Source: an uncultured Eubacteriales bacterium (GTDB lineage Bacteria; Bacillota; Clostridia; Christensenellales; CAG-138). From it: 64,000 nucleotides of DNA. This document shows positions 46,701 to 56,033 of this stretch, piece by piece. The position numbers were made by a program, and so were the translations under genes. The stretch lies in contig OW818651.1 in the NCBI GenBank assembly GCA_942492885.1, positions 2,479,513 to 2,543,512 of the forward strand, in the 5' to 3' direction. How positions within the stretch are numbered: the stretch's first letter is position 1; each line of letters opens with the position of its first letter. The notes below the pieces were generated by a model. That model was not told where the DNA came from and did no database searches. It saw nothing but the letters and a program-made list of their open reading frames with translations.

Positions 46701-47843
46701 ACGGCGGCGGTGCTCAGACTAGCGCAGATGAAGGTGATCGAAGTCGGCAAGCTGCACGAGACCGACGGGGAGAATATCCTGACCTTGATCGAGAGTGGCA
46801 AGATCGACTACATCCTCTCCACCTCGTCCAAAGGCAGATTGCCTTCGCGGGACAGCGTGAAGATTCGCAGAAAAGCCATCGAGCGCGCGGTGCCGTGCAT
46901 CACCTCGATCGACACCGCAAACGCGCTGGTAGATAGCCTTTTGAGCCGCTACTCCGAGCACAGCACCGAGCTTGTGGACATCAACCACATGCGCACGCAG
47001 AAGATGCGGCTGCCGTTTACCAAGATGAACGGAACCAGCAACGACTATATCTACTTCAACTGCATGGAGCAAACGATCGACGCGCCGGAGTCGCTGAGCG
47101 TCTATCTGTCCGAAGCGCACGCGGGCATCGGCGGGGACGGCATCATCCTCATCGAGCCGTCAGAGATTGCTGATGCGAAGATGCGGATCTTCAACCGCGA
47201 CGGCAGCGAGGGAAAGATGTGCGGCACCGGCGTCCGCTGCGTGGGTAAATATCTCTACGACAACGACATGACCGACCAAACCGAGCTCACAATCGAGACG
47301 AAAAGCGGCATCAAGCACCTCAAACTCTATGTGCGCGGCGGCAAGGTGAAGTCCGTCACCGTGGACATGGGCAAGGCGGAGCTGAATCCGCAGAATGTCC
47401 CTGTACTGTTGGATGGGGACAAGATCGTTTCGCGTCCGGTCGTCATCGACGAGAAACCATACAACATCACCTGCGTTTCGATGGGGAATCCGCACTGCGT
47501 GGTGTTCGTGGAATATCCCGACCTGCTGGAGATTGAGAAGATCGGTCCCGCAATCGAAACCGCACCGATCTTCCCCGATCGCGTGAATGTCGAGTTTGTG
47601 CAGGTGCTGGACGGGCACACGCTCAAGATGCGCGTTTGGGAGCGCGGCAGCGGGGAGACGCTTGCCTGCGGCACGGGCGCCTGCGCCGCGGTGGTCGCCG
47701 CCACCGAAAACAGCTTCTGTGCCAAAGGCGAGGACATCACCGTCCGCCTGCGCGGCGGCGACCTCTTGGTGCGCTACACCGACGAAACGGTGTTTGTGAC
47801 CGGCGACGCGAAGAAGAACTTTGAAGGTTTTGTGGAGCTTTAA
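43797..47843 (+). CDS. carB: Carbamoyl-phosphate synthase large subunit fused to a C-terminal diaminopimelate-epimerase (DapF-like) domain (about 47004-47843)
   Basis: GSGPIVIGQAAEFDY, two ATP-grasp halves and an MGS domain, followed with no stop by FTKMNGTSNDY...MCGTG...MGNPH...WERGSGETLACGTG. Confidence 0.93.
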   Translation: MPLDQNIKRVMVIGSGPIVIGQAAEFDYAGTQACRALREEGLEVILVNSNPATIMTDRAMADHIYIEPLTLITLKRIIEKEKPDSLLSTLGGQTGLTLSMQLAKDGFLQEHGVKLLGANPVTIAKAEDRQLFKDAMIEIDQPVIPSLVVTELEDALRFAEEIGYPVIVRPAFTLGGSGGGIAQTQDELHEIATNGIRMSPIHQILVEKCISGWKEIEFEGMRDKNGNVITICSMENFDPVGVHTGDSIVIAPAVTLSDREYQMLRTATRNIIDTLGIEGGCNCQFALHPTSFDYAVIEVNPRVSRSSALASKATGYPIAKVATKIAIGYTLDEIQNAVTGNTSACFEPALDYVAVKLPKWPFDKFVYGKRTLGTQMKATGEVMAIGPTFEQAIMKAVRGAEISQDSLNMKKLAGIPTEQIRERLHNCDDERMFVVFEALKRGISMEEIHQITMIDIWFLAKLKHLAEYEMSIAAEGLSDEAYLEGKKLGYPDQVLSRISGRPVKEHLYAGYRMVDTCAAEFEAQTPYFYADYDCVENEAQTFLQRHDTGKRRVIVFGSGPIRIGQGIEFDYASVHCVWALKQAGFEVVIVNNNPETVSTDFDTADRLYFEPLLPEDVMNVIHTEQPYGVVVAFGGQTAIKLTRYLSEQGVRILGTPADSIDAAEDRERFDALLEQLSIKRPHGKTVKTEEQALTAAQSLGYPVLIRPSYVLGGQNMIIAFSDDDVREYMGIILRKGIDNPILIDQYLMGTEIEVDAICDGTDILIPGIMEHIERAGVHSGDSIAVYPAWNLNGPLIERVVDHSRRLALALSTRGLINIQYVIYENEIYVIEVNPRSSRTVPYISKVTGVPMVDLATRAMLGDKLSDMGFGTGLYKTPPYVAVKVPVFSFEKLADVDILLDPEMKSTGEVLGIGKTREEALYKGLVAAGYNMKRRGGLLVTVRDQDKAEMTDAVRKFADLGFTLYATKGTAAVLRLAQMKVIEVGKLHETDGENILTLIESGKIDYILSTSSKGRLPSRDSVKIRRKAIERAVPCITSIDTANALVDSLLSRYSEHSTELVDINHMRTQKMRLPFTKMNGTSNDYIYFNCMEQTIDAPESLSVYLSEAHAGIGGDGIILIEPSEIADAKMRIFNRDGSEGKMCGTGVRCVGKYLYDNDMTDQTELTIETKSGIKHLKLYVRGGKVKSVTVDMGKAELNPQNVPVLLDGDKIVSRPVVIDEKPYNITCVSMGNPHCVVFVEYPDLLEIEKIGPAIETAPIFPDRVNVEFVQVLDGHTLKMRVWERGSGETLACGTGACAAVVAATENSFCAKGEDITVRLRGGDLLVRYTDETVFVTGDAKKNFEGFVEL

Positions 47844-47856
47844 CGAAAGAACGCAT

Positions 47857-47887
47857 AAAAAAGCGCTTGGGATTTCTCCCAAGCGCT
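47857..47887. terminator. Intrinsic terminator between convergent genes
   Basis: aaaaaagcgcttggga-tttc-tcccaagcgct. Confidence 0.8.
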
Positions 47888-47907
47888 ATTGTGTTGCTTT
47901 GTGTTTG

Positions 47908-49785
47908 TTACGCTGCCTCGAACTGGCTGTTGTACAGCTCGGCATAGAAGCCGCCTTTTTCCAGCAGTTCCGTGTGGCTGCCGCTTTCGATGATGTCGCC
48001 GTCCTTCATCACGAGGATGAGATCGGCATTCTTGATCGTCGAGAGGCGGTGCGCAATCACAAACGAGGTTCTGCCGGTGGTGAGGCGATCCATCGCCTGC
48101 TGCACCATGCGCTCGGTACGGGTGTCGACGGAGCTTGTCGCCTCGTCGAGAATCAACAGCGGCGCGTCCTGAATCATTGCGCGCGCGATCGTCAGCAGCT
48201 GCTTTTGCCCCTCGGAAAGGCTCGCCTTGTCGTTGAGCACGGTGTCGTAGCCGCCCGGCAGCGTCTTGATGAAGCGATGGAGCCCGACGGTCTTGCAGGC
48301 CTCTTTTACTTCATCATCCGTCACGTCCGGCTTGCTGTAGACGATGTTTTCGCGGATCGTGCCCTCAAAGAGCCACGTATCCTGTAAAACCATCCCAAAC
48401 TGCGCATGTACGTTTTCGCGCGGGACGCGCTGAATCGGAATGTTGTCGATCTGGATCTCGCCGCCGTCCAACTCATAAAAGCGCATCAGCAGGTTGACCA
48501 TGGTGGTCTTGCCAGCTCCCGTTGGGCCGACGATGGCGACCTTTTGCCCGGGCTTGACGCGCGCGGAGAAGTCGTGAATGACGGGCTTGTTCGGCGAATA
48601 ACCGAATTTCACGTGTTCAAACGAGACGCTGCCTTCGATGTTTTGCAGCATCGGCTTCTTCTCGTCCTCGCGTTCCAGCTCCGGCTCTTCAAGCAGGGTG
48701 AAGACGCGCTCGCTTGCGGCTGCCGTGCGCTGGAGGTTGTTCATCGACTGCGCAATCTGCGACAGCGGCTGGGTAAACAGGCGGATGTACATCATGAACG
48801 CGACGATCACGCCAAACGTGATGGTGCCGTTGACCGCCAGCGCCGCGCCGACGACGCAGACCGCCACGTAGCCAAGGTTGCCGACAAAGCCCATCACCGG
48901 CATCATGAGCCCCGAGAGGAATTGAGACTTCCAGGCGCTTGTGTAGAGTGTCGTGTTGCTCTCTTCAAACACCCGCTTTGCCTCGCGGCTGCCGTTATAG
49001 ACCTTCACGATGTTATGCCCGGTGTAGACCTCCTCAATGTGGCCGTTGATCTTGCCGAGCTCCTTTTGTTGCTCGGTAAAATACTTCTGCGAATGCTTCA
49101 TGATCACCATCATCAGCACAAAACCCAACAGGCTTGCACCAATGGCGGTGAGCGCGAGAATCCAGCTGTTGTAGAGCATCAACACGAGCGAACCTAGTAG
49201 CATCGTAATCGAGGTGATCAACGTGCCGAGGCTCTGGCTGAGCGTCTGCCCGATGGCGTCCACGTCGTTGGTTACGTGACTTAAGACATTGCCGTAGCTC
49301 GTGGAGTCAAAGTATTTCAGCGGCAGGCGGTTGACCTTCTGCGAGATATCCGTGCGCATCCGTTTGGAGATGCGCTGCGTTACCGTTGCCATGATCTGGC
49401 TTTGCAGGAGGTTCAGGAGGAACGAAAACACGTACAGCACGGCAAGCGAGAGTGCAATGGTAGAGATTGCGCTCATGTCGATTGCGCCCAGCACGGGTTT
49501 GCCGTTGACGATTGCGGGAAGCCCGTTCATGATCTCGTTGGTCAGGGTCTTGAGGCGATCCGGGCCAAGGATTTGCAGGATGGTTCCGCCCGCCGCCGCA
49601 ACCAAAGCAATCAGGATGGCGGTGATGTATTTCTTGCAGTAGGCAAGCAGTTTTTTCATGGTCGCTTTAAAGTCTTTTGGCTTTTCCACGGGCATATTCA
49701 TTCCGCGTCCGGGGCCGCCGGGGCCGCCCATTCCACCGCGTGGGCCGGGCTGCTTCATTTCCGAATGTTCTCTGCTGTCGCTCAT
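47908..49785 (-). CDS. Heterodimeric multidrug-type ABC exporter subunit B (TMD+NBD)
   Basis: GPTGAGKTT, LSEGQKQ, LDEATSSVD, IAHRLSTI. Confidence 0.92.
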   Translation of the reverse strand: MSDSREHSEMKQPGPRGGMGGPGGPGRGMNMPVEKPKDFKATMKKLLAYCKKYITAILIALVAAAGGTILQILGPDRLKTLTNEIMNGLPAIVNGKPVLGAIDMSAISTIALSLAVLYVFSFLLNLLQSQIMATVTQRISKRMRTDISQKVNRLPLKYFDSTSYGNVLSHVTNDVDAIGQTLSQSLGTLITSITMLLGSLVLMLYNSWILALTAIGASLLGFVLMMVIMKHSQKYFTEQQKELGKINGHIEEVYTGHNIVKVYNGSREAKRVFEESNTTLYTSAWKSQFLSGLMMPVMGFVGNLGYVAVCVVGAALAVNGTITFGVIVAFMMYIRLFTQPLSQIAQSMNNLQRTAAASERVFTLLEEPELEREDEKKPMLQNIEGSVSFEHVKFGYSPNKPVIHDFSARVKPGQKVAIVGPTGAGKTTMVNLLMRFYELDGGEIQIDNIPIQRVPRENVHAQFGMVLQDTWLFEGTIRENIVYSKPDVTDDEVKEACKTVGLHRFIKTLPGGYDTVLNDKASLSEGQKQLLTIARAMIQDAPLLILDEATSSVDTRTERMVQQAMDRLTTGRTSFVIAHRLSTIKNADLILVMKDGDIIESGSHTELLEKGGFYAELYNSQFEAA

Positions 49786-51542
49786 GCGGACAATTCCTCC
49801 TCACTCAGCTGAGACATGGCGATTTCGTGATAGACCTCGCATGTCTTGAGCAGTTCTTTGTGTGTGCCGCTTCCAACGATCTGGCCGTCGTTGAGTACGA
49901 TGATCCGGTCGGCGTCGAGTATGGTGCCGATGCGCTGGGCGACGATTAGGCTGGTGACCCCCGCCGTCTCGCGCCGTAGCGCGGAGCGAAGCGCGCGGTC
50001 TGTCTTATAGTCCAGCGCGGAGAAGCTGTCGTCGAAGATATAGATCTCCGGCTTTCTGGCGACCGCACGGGCGATGGCGAGGCGCTGTTTCTGCCCGCCG
50101 GAGAGGTTGGAGCCGCCCTGTGCGATCTCGGCGTCATACGCGCCTTCCATCTGCTCGACGAAGTCCGCGCCCTGCGCGATGCGCATAGACGTGGCGACTT
50201 CATCCGAGGTTGCGCCCTCATTGCCGTTGTCGCCGTAGGCGATGTTGCTCTTGACCGTGCCGCGGAACGTGACCGCCTTTTGCGGCACATAGCCGATCTT
50301 ATTGTGCAGCGCTTCCTGCGTGTAATGCCGGACGTTCTCGCCGTCGACGAGCACCTCGCCCGCCGTCGCGTCGTAAAAACGGGGGATGAGGTTGACGAGC
50401 GTGCTTTTGCCGCTGCCGGTGGAGCCAATGAAGGCGACGATCTCGCCGCTTTTTGCGGAGAAGCTGATGTCACTCAGCACATCGTCCGCGGCTCCGGGAT
50501 AGCGGAAGCTCACGTTGCGAAACTCGATTTCGCCGCGCTTGCCCGCCGCGCCTTGGGTCTTTGTTCCGTCGAGGATGGAGGGCTGCGTATCGAGCACCTC
50601 GTTGATGCGCTTGGCGGAGACGGAGGCGCGCGGCCAGAGCACAAAGATCATGACCAGCATCATAAACGACATGATGACCTGCATGGCATAGGCCGAAAAG
50701 ACCACCATGTTGGAAAACAACGTGAGTCGATCCATCAGCCCCGCGTTGTTGATGAGGCTTGCTCCGATCCAATAGATCGCGAGGGTTAGCCCGCTCATCA
50801 GCGTAGAGATGATCGGCATCATGATCGCCATACCGCGGTTGGTGAAGAGCTGAGTAGCGGTGAGTTCCACGTTGGCAACCTCAAACTTCGCTTCCTGATA
50901 CGGCTCTGCGTTATAGGCGCGCACCACGCGAAGGCCGGTGAGGTTTTCGCGGGTCACGCGGGTGAGGTTATCGGTCAGGGTTTGCATCTTGCGGAATTTT
51001 GGCAGCACGAGCACCATCATCACCGAGATGATCGCGATCATGATCAGCACCGTAATTCCCGTCGCCAGAGACCATTCAAGGCCTTTTCCGGCGATCTTGG
51101 TCACCGCCCAAATCACCATGATGGGCGCTTTGATCATCATCTGCAGCCCCATTGTGATCAGCATCTGCACCTGTGTAATGTCATTGGTGGAGCGCGTGAT
51201 CAGGCTGTCCGTCGAAAAGCGGTTGATCTCTTCCATAGAGAAAGAGTCCACCTTGGAGAACAGCTGGCTGCGAATCCGCTGGGAAAATGAGGCAGCAATC
51301 AGTGAGGCAAGGTAGCCTACGATGACGGCAGAGGCGACGCTGCCCAGCGCGCAGAGCAGCATTTTACCGCCCGCAAGCCAGATATCGGCCATCGCGCTGC
51401 CGGGGGTTTGCGTGAGCCGCGTGATTTCGGACATGTAGTCAGGGAGTTTGAGATCCAGCCAGACCTGCGATACGATGAACGCGAGGCTGACGAGCGCCTG
51501 CAACCACTCGGTTGCTTTCAGGCGTTTGAGTAAACGAAACAT
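49782..51542 (-). CDS. Heterodimeric multidrug-type ABC exporter subunit A (TMD+NBD, degenerate site)
   Basis: GSTGSGKST, LSGGQKQR, FDDSFSALD, VAQR (Asp and Gln replace the catalytic Glu and His). Confidence 0.92.
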   Translation of the reverse strand: MFRLLKRLKATEWLQALVSLAFIVSQVWLDLKLPDYMSEITRLTQTPGSAMADIWLAGGKMLLCALGSVASAVIVGYLASLIAASFSQRIRSQLFSKVDSFSMEEINRFSTDSLITRSTNDITQVQMLITMGLQMMIKAPIMVIWAVTKIAGKGLEWSLATGITVLIMIAIISVMMVLVLPKFRKMQTLTDNLTRVTRENLTGLRVVRAYNAEPYQEAKFEVANVELTATQLFTNRGMAIMMPIISTLMSGLTLAIYWIGASLINNAGLMDRLTLFSNMVVFSAYAMQVIMSFMMLVMIFVLWPRASVSAKRINEVLDTQPSILDGTKTQGAAGKRGEIEFRNVSFRYPGAADDVLSDISFSAKSGEIVAFIGSTGSGKSTLVNLIPRFYDATAGEVLVDGENVRHYTQEALHNKIGYVPQKAVTFRGTVKSNIAYGDNGNEGATSDEVATSMRIAQGADFVEQMEGAYDAEIAQGGSNLSGGQKQRLAIARAVARKPEIYIFDDSFSALDYKTDRALRSALRRETAGVTSLIVAQRIGTILDADRIIVLNDGQIVGSGTHKELLKTCEVYHEIAMSQLSEEELSA

Positions 51543-51605
51543 GGTTCTCTCCTTTATTTAATAACGTTAGATAGTAATACTGTTAGTTATAAGACAGAGC
51601 AAAAC

Positions 51606-52055
51606 TCATTTTATTGCAGGACCGTGGTTGAAAAATTCTTCCGGTGCGTGTTCGGCAAGCTTGTTTAGAATGCGCAGGAATACGACTGCATCCTCTTCGC
51701 CAAGGTCTTCGAGCATGCGAACCAGCATGCCCATAATCTGCTTTGCGTGCTCTGCTTCTTGTGTGCGGCCTGCTTCGGTCAACTCAACAAGGATTCGTCT
51801 GCGGTCCCGCTCGTCGATGCGCCGGGTCACTAGTCCCTTGGATTCGAGAGAGTTGAGTGCCGCGGCAATACGCGCAGAGCTGATGCCCATCTCTTTACTG
51901 ATATCGCCGGGGATGACGCTGCCATCGTGCCGGGAAAGAAAAGCCAACACAAACTGCTCCCCGTGCAGGGAGTCGTTGATTCGCTTTGGGTTTTTGCGTT
52001 TGCGCATCTTATGCAAAACTATCATATACTCGCGCGCAAGAGCGGTATAGTCCAT
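51606..52055 (-). CDS. MarR-family transcriptional regulator
   Basis: PGDISKEMGISSARIAAALNSLESKGLVTR...DRRRILVELTEAG. Confidence 0.9.
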   Translation of the reverse strand: MDYTALAREYMIVLHKMRKRKNPKRINDSLHGEQFVLAFLSRHDGSVIPGDISKEMGISSARIAAALNSLESKGLVTRRIDERDRRRILVELTEAGRTQEAEHAKQIMGMLVRMLEDLGEEDAVVFLRILNKLAEHAPEEFFNHGPAIK

Positions 52056-52207
52056 TCAGAGCACCTCGGTCGTTGCAGATTTTATAACAGTGTTAACTAT
52101 ACACCCTGTTAGGGAATTGTCAATGGCATCATTGTGAACGAATATGGCATTGGGTGCGCCTTACGCATAGCTGCTCTCGCGGCGTTTACACGGCGCGAAA
52201 AGAAGCG

Positions 52208-53629
52208 CTATTCCGCTGTCATGACTTCGGGAGCAACCCAAGTTGCGGCGGGCTGCACCTGATGAATCCACTTGCCGCTCTTGAGGCGGAAGATGAGCCA
52301 GACAGTTTTGATGACATAGTCGATTCGAAGCGCGACCAGCACCCAAAACGGCGGCAGATGCAGCACCAACCCCACGAGAAAACCAAGCGGGATGGAGGCA
52401 CACCATTGAAACAGCACATCCGCCACCATCAAAAACCGCGTGTCCCCGCCGCCGCGCAAAACGCCCTTGGAGAGCGTGCTCTGGACAGACTGAAACACGA
52501 TTAAAAGCGCACTGGCGAGGATCATCTCCCGCGCAATGGTCACCGTTTGCTGCGTGATGTCATAAAGACCAATCGACCAGGTGCCGATGAAATACACCAG
52601 CACCATCGCAACGAGTCCGATGCCGGCGCTCATGAGGGTAAACGAAACGCCCTCCTTCTTCGCGCGCGCAAAATCTCCGCTGCCGACGGTCTGGCCGACC
52701 AGCACGCCGGACGCGCTGGAAACCCCCGCCGCCGCGACGGTGCAGAGCCGCTCAATCACCGCGACAATCGCATAGGCGCTGACCACCTCGCGCCCCATGT
52801 GACCCAGGATGATCGAGATTGCGCTTGCGGCGAGCGCCAACACGGTGTCGCTGATGATCGCGGGCAGACCAAGACGCCGAAACTCCTTAAGCAGTGCGCG
52901 AGCCGGCGGCTTGAGTAAACCCGTGAGGCGATAGTGCAGCTGCGTTTCAAATTTTCCCATATAGACGAAGCACACAAGAAACTCGACCGCGCGCGCACAG
53001 AGCGTACCCACCGCCGCGCCTGTAACGCCCAGCGCGGGGAAACCGAGTTTGCCGAAGATGAATACATAGTTAAAGAAGATGTTGACAAAAAAGCTCAAGA
53101 TCGACGTAAACAGTCCCAGGCGCGCGTTACCCACGGTGCGGATCACGTTGGAGATGACGAGGCTGATGCCGTGCGGCAAATAGATCAGCGCGGTGACGCG
53201 TAGATAGCGCGCGCCCTCGCGAATCACGTCCGCGTCGTCGGTATAGATGCGCATCAGCTGCTCGGGGATGATCGCGCTGAGTAGTGCAAACATGGCGGAG
53301 AAGAGCACGATGATCTGAACCAGAATATCGAACACGCGGTGCACCGTCTTTGGGTCGCCCGCGCCCCAATATTGCGCGGAGAGCACGAGCCCCGCCGCGC
53401 TGATGCCCATGCAGAGAAACACGAATATCGTATAAAACTGGTTGGCGAGCGAGGTGGCGGAGATCGCGACCTCGCCCAAACGCCCCACCATGATGGTGTC
53501 CATCATGTTCACGCCCATGCTGATGCAGTATTGCAGCGCAACGGGAATGATCAGCGAGATGGCGCGGCGGTAAAACACTTTGTCTGTGACAAGATATTGA
53601 CTCATGGTGAGCGGCAGTTTTCGTTTCAC
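52208..53629 (-). CDS. MATE-family efflux transporter
   Basis: NMMDTIMVGRLG, LSAQYWGAGD, YVFIFGKLGFPALGVTGAAVGT, GVLRGGGDT. GTG start behind AGGA. Confidence 0.9.
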   Translation of the reverse strand: MKRKLPLTMSQYLVTDKVFYRRAISLIIPVALQYCISMGVNMMDTIMVGRLGEVAISATSLANQFYTIFVFLCMGISAAGLVLSAQYWGAGDPKTVHRVFDILVQIIVLFSAMFALLSAIIPEQLMRIYTDDADVIREGARYLRVTALIYLPHGISLVISNVIRTVGNARLGLFTSILSFFVNIFFNYVFIFGKLGFPALGVTGAAVGTLCARAVEFLVCFVYMGKFETQLHYRLTGLLKPPARALLKEFRRLGLPAIISDTVLALAASAISIILGHMGREVVSAYAIVAVIERLCTVAAAGVSSASGVLVGQTVGSGDFARAKKEGVSFTLMSAGIGLVAMVLVYFIGTWSIGLYDITQQTVTIAREMILASALLIVFQSVQSTLSKGVLRGGGDTRFLMVADVLFQWCASIPLGFLVGLVLHLPPFWVLVALRIDYVIKTVWLIFRLKSGKWIHQVQPAATWVAPEVMTAE

Positions 53630-53850
53630 GATGCTGTTCCTAACGTCTAGTATTCCGGTGTGTCGCGATCCATAAAAATATGGAAGTAGCTTAACTATCA
53701 TAACGGAAAAGCGGCGAATCGGCAACGGAAATGCTCCTGCAAAACCGTCGCAATATTACGCACAATATCGAAAAAATATACAGGTTATATGCGATATCGT
53801 CTTTACAAACGTGCCTTGCTGTGCTAAAGTCTACTCTGTTGGTACTACGT

Positions 53851-53865
53851 ATTGGTAATACCAAT
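53851..53865. promoter_or_regulatory. Perfect palindrome, GntR-family operator candidate
   Basis: ATTGGTA-A-TACCAAT between divergent MATE and GntR genes. Confidence 0.6.
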
Positions 53866-53922
53866 GAATGCAATAATTAGCATAGCTACAATTGGGTGAT
53901 GGTGGAAAACGGGAGGGCGCGC

Positions 53923-54648
53923 ATGAGTGAACAGATGCAGATCCAGTCGGTACGCAGCAGACTTCTGCGCGAAATGAAAGAGGGCGCCTACCGCTATTCC
54001 GGCAAACTACCGCCGGAAGGAACACTCGCAGAGCGCCTGAACATCAGCCGCACGCAGCTTAGAGACAGCCTTGCCCAGCTTGAACGTGAGGGGTTTATCA
54101 GCCGCCATCAAGGCGTCGGCACCGTGATCAACCGCCACGTGCTCGCCGTCACCGTGCGTATGGATATGGAGATTGAGTTCATGGAGATGATCTCGCAGTC
54201 CGGCCGTGTGCCGGGGCTGCTCAGCTCGTCGTATGATCTCGTCCCCGCCGGAGAGACCGCCGCGCGCCACCTTGCCATCTCGCCTGCGGACACGGTGCTC
54301 AAGGTCTGCCGCCTCATCGGCGCAGACGGCAAGCCCGTGATTTATTGCGAGGACTATATCCCCGCTGCGCTGATCAAGAAAAAAGAATTCACGAGCGAAG
54401 ACCTGCAAAAGCCGATCTTCTCGTTTTTGAAGCAATTCTGCTCGCTGGAGCCGCACATGGACCTAACCGAAGTGCGCCCGGCCGTTGCGGACGAAGCACT
54501 CGCCAGGATGTTCTGCGTGGCGGAAGGAACGCCGCTGCTGTATCTCGATGAGCTCGACTACGACAAAGAAGGCATGCCCATGCTGTATTCGCCGCAGTAT
54601 TACATCGGCGGAGTCATTCAGCACACCATGCTGAGAATGAAGTTTTAA
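53923..54648 (+). CDS. GntR-family (HutC/UTRA) regulator
   Basis: LPPEGTLAERLNISRTQLRDSL...GVGT; C-terminal UTRA-like domain. ATG 53923 behind GGGAGG. Confidence 0.88.
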   Translation: MSEQMQIQSVRSRLLREMKEGAYRYSGKLPPEGTLAERLNISRTQLRDSLAQLEREGFISRHQGVGTVINRHVLAVTVRMDMEIEFMEMISQSGRVPGLLSSSYDLVPAGETAARHLAISPADTVLKVCRLIGADGKPVIYCEDYIPAALIKKKEFTSEDLQKPIFSFLKQFCSLEPHMDLTEVRPAVADEALARMFCVAEGTPLLYLDELDYDKEGMPMLYSPQYYIGGVIQHTMLRMKF

Positions 54649-54712
54649 TTGGCCTGTCAAATAGCAGGCCTATTCTTGTTTTGAGTTTTGTGTATTTTTG
54701 GAGGATGTTTTT

Positions 54713-55210
54713 GTGAAGAAAGTCGCTGTTGTGATGGGGAGCGCATCCGACCTGCCGCTGGCAAAGGACGCGCTGAAGATGCTCGCCTCGTTTGAGATTC
54801 CGGCTGTTGCGCGGGTGCTTTCCGCGCACCGCACACCGGACGAGGCAGCCGCGTTTGCAAAAGCAGCGGAGGCGGAAGGTTTTGGCGTGATCATCGCGCT
54901 AGCGGGCAAGGCCGCGCACCTTGCGGGCGCGATGGCGGCGCATTCCCTCCTGCCCGTGATCGGCGTTCCGGTGAGCGGCAAGGACTTAGGCGGGCTGGAC
55001 GCGCTGTTGAGTACCGCGCAGATGCCAAAGGGCGTGCCCGTTGCGACGGTTGCAATCGACGGGGCTGCCAACGCGGCGCTGCTCGCGGTGCGCATCCTCG
55101 CGCTCTCGGATGAAACTCTTGCGGCAAAGCTAAAGCAATACGCGCAGAATCTCGCGGAGCAGTCCGCTGAAGCAGACGCGGCGATTCAGAAAGAGATCGA
55201 ACAGCTTTGA
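54713..55210 (+). CDS. purE: AIR carboxylase / N5-CAIR mutase
   Basis: VVMGSASD, SAHRTP, AGKAAHLAG, PVIGVP, QMPKGVPVATV. GTG start. Confidence 0.96.
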   Translation: MKKVAVVMGSASDLPLAKDALKMLASFEIPAVARVLSAHRTPDEAAAFAKAAEAEGFGVIIALAGKAAHLAGAMAAHSLLPVIGVPVSGKDLGGLDALLSTAQMPKGVPVATVAIDGAANAALLAVRILALSDETLAAKLKQYAQNLAEQSAEADAAIQKEIEQL

Positions 55211-55264
55211 TTCTCAAAAACAAGCTTGGGAGCTCAATTAAAAAAGAGATCGAAAAGCTTTGAT
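55190..55264. repeat. 22-bp duplication of the purE 3' end
   Basis: aaagagatcgaacagctttgat (55190-55211) vs aaagagatcgaaaagctttgat (55243-55264). Confidence 0.85.
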
Positions 55265-55324
55265 CTTTTTGATCGGGCTGAAATAAGTTTGAAATATACA
55301 GTACCCAAAGGAGACAGATTCGGT

Positions 55325-56032
55325 ATGAAAAAGATGGAGCAGATTTACGAAGGCAAGGCAAAAAAGGTCTACGCGACCGACGACCCCAAAATCGTCATCG
55401 TGGACTACAAGGACGACGCGACGGCATTCAACGGCCTCAAAAAAGGCACCATCGCCGGAAAAGGCGTGGTCAACAACAAGGTGTCCAACCACTTCTTCCG
55501 TTTGCTGGAAGGTTACGGCATTCCGACACACTATGTCGAGCAGCTGAGCGATCGCGAAACGGCAGTTCGCCGCGTCGAGATTCTCCCCGTCGAGGTCATC
55601 GTCCGCAACCGCGCCGCAGGCAGCTTTAGCAAGCGCATGGGCGTTGCGGAAGGAACGAGCCTCGCCTGTACGATTCTTGAATACAGCTACAAAAACGACG
55701 ATCTGGGCGATCCGTTCATCAACTCGTATTATATCCGCGCGCTGAATATCGCAACCGACGAGGAGATGGAGCAGGTGAAGAACTACTCCTTCCAGATCAA
55801 CGACATCTTAAAAGCGTATCTCGACGGCTTTGGCATCGAGCTTATCGACTTCAAGCTGGAGTTTGGCCGCTTTGACGGTAAGGTCATCTTAGCCGACGAG
55901 ATTTCGCCGGATACCTGCCGCTTCTGGGACAAAGCCACGGGCAAAAAGCTGGACAAAGACCGCTTCCGCCGCGACCTTGGCGACGTGGAGGAAGCATACC
56001 ACGAAATCATCAGCCGCCTGATGGGAGAATAA
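55325..56032 (+). CDS. purC: SAICAR synthetase
   Basis: [42 protein letters not shown]. Confidence 0.97.
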   Translation: MKKMEQIYEGKAKKVYATDDPKIVIVDYKDDATAFNGLKKGTIAGKGVVNNKVSNHFFRLLEGYGIPTHYVEQLSDRETAVRRVEILPVEVIVRNRAAGSFSKRMGVAEGTSLACTILEYSYKNDDLGDPFINSYYIRALNIATDEEMEQVKNYSFQINDILKAYLDGFGIELIDFKLEFGRFDGKVILADEISPDTCRFWDKATGKKLDKDRFRRDLGDVEEAYHEIISRLMGE

Positions 56033-56033
56033 C

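Noticed and set aside
54713-56032. purK absent between purE and purC
   Set aside because: Common in anaerobic Clostridia; the gene could also be elsewhere.
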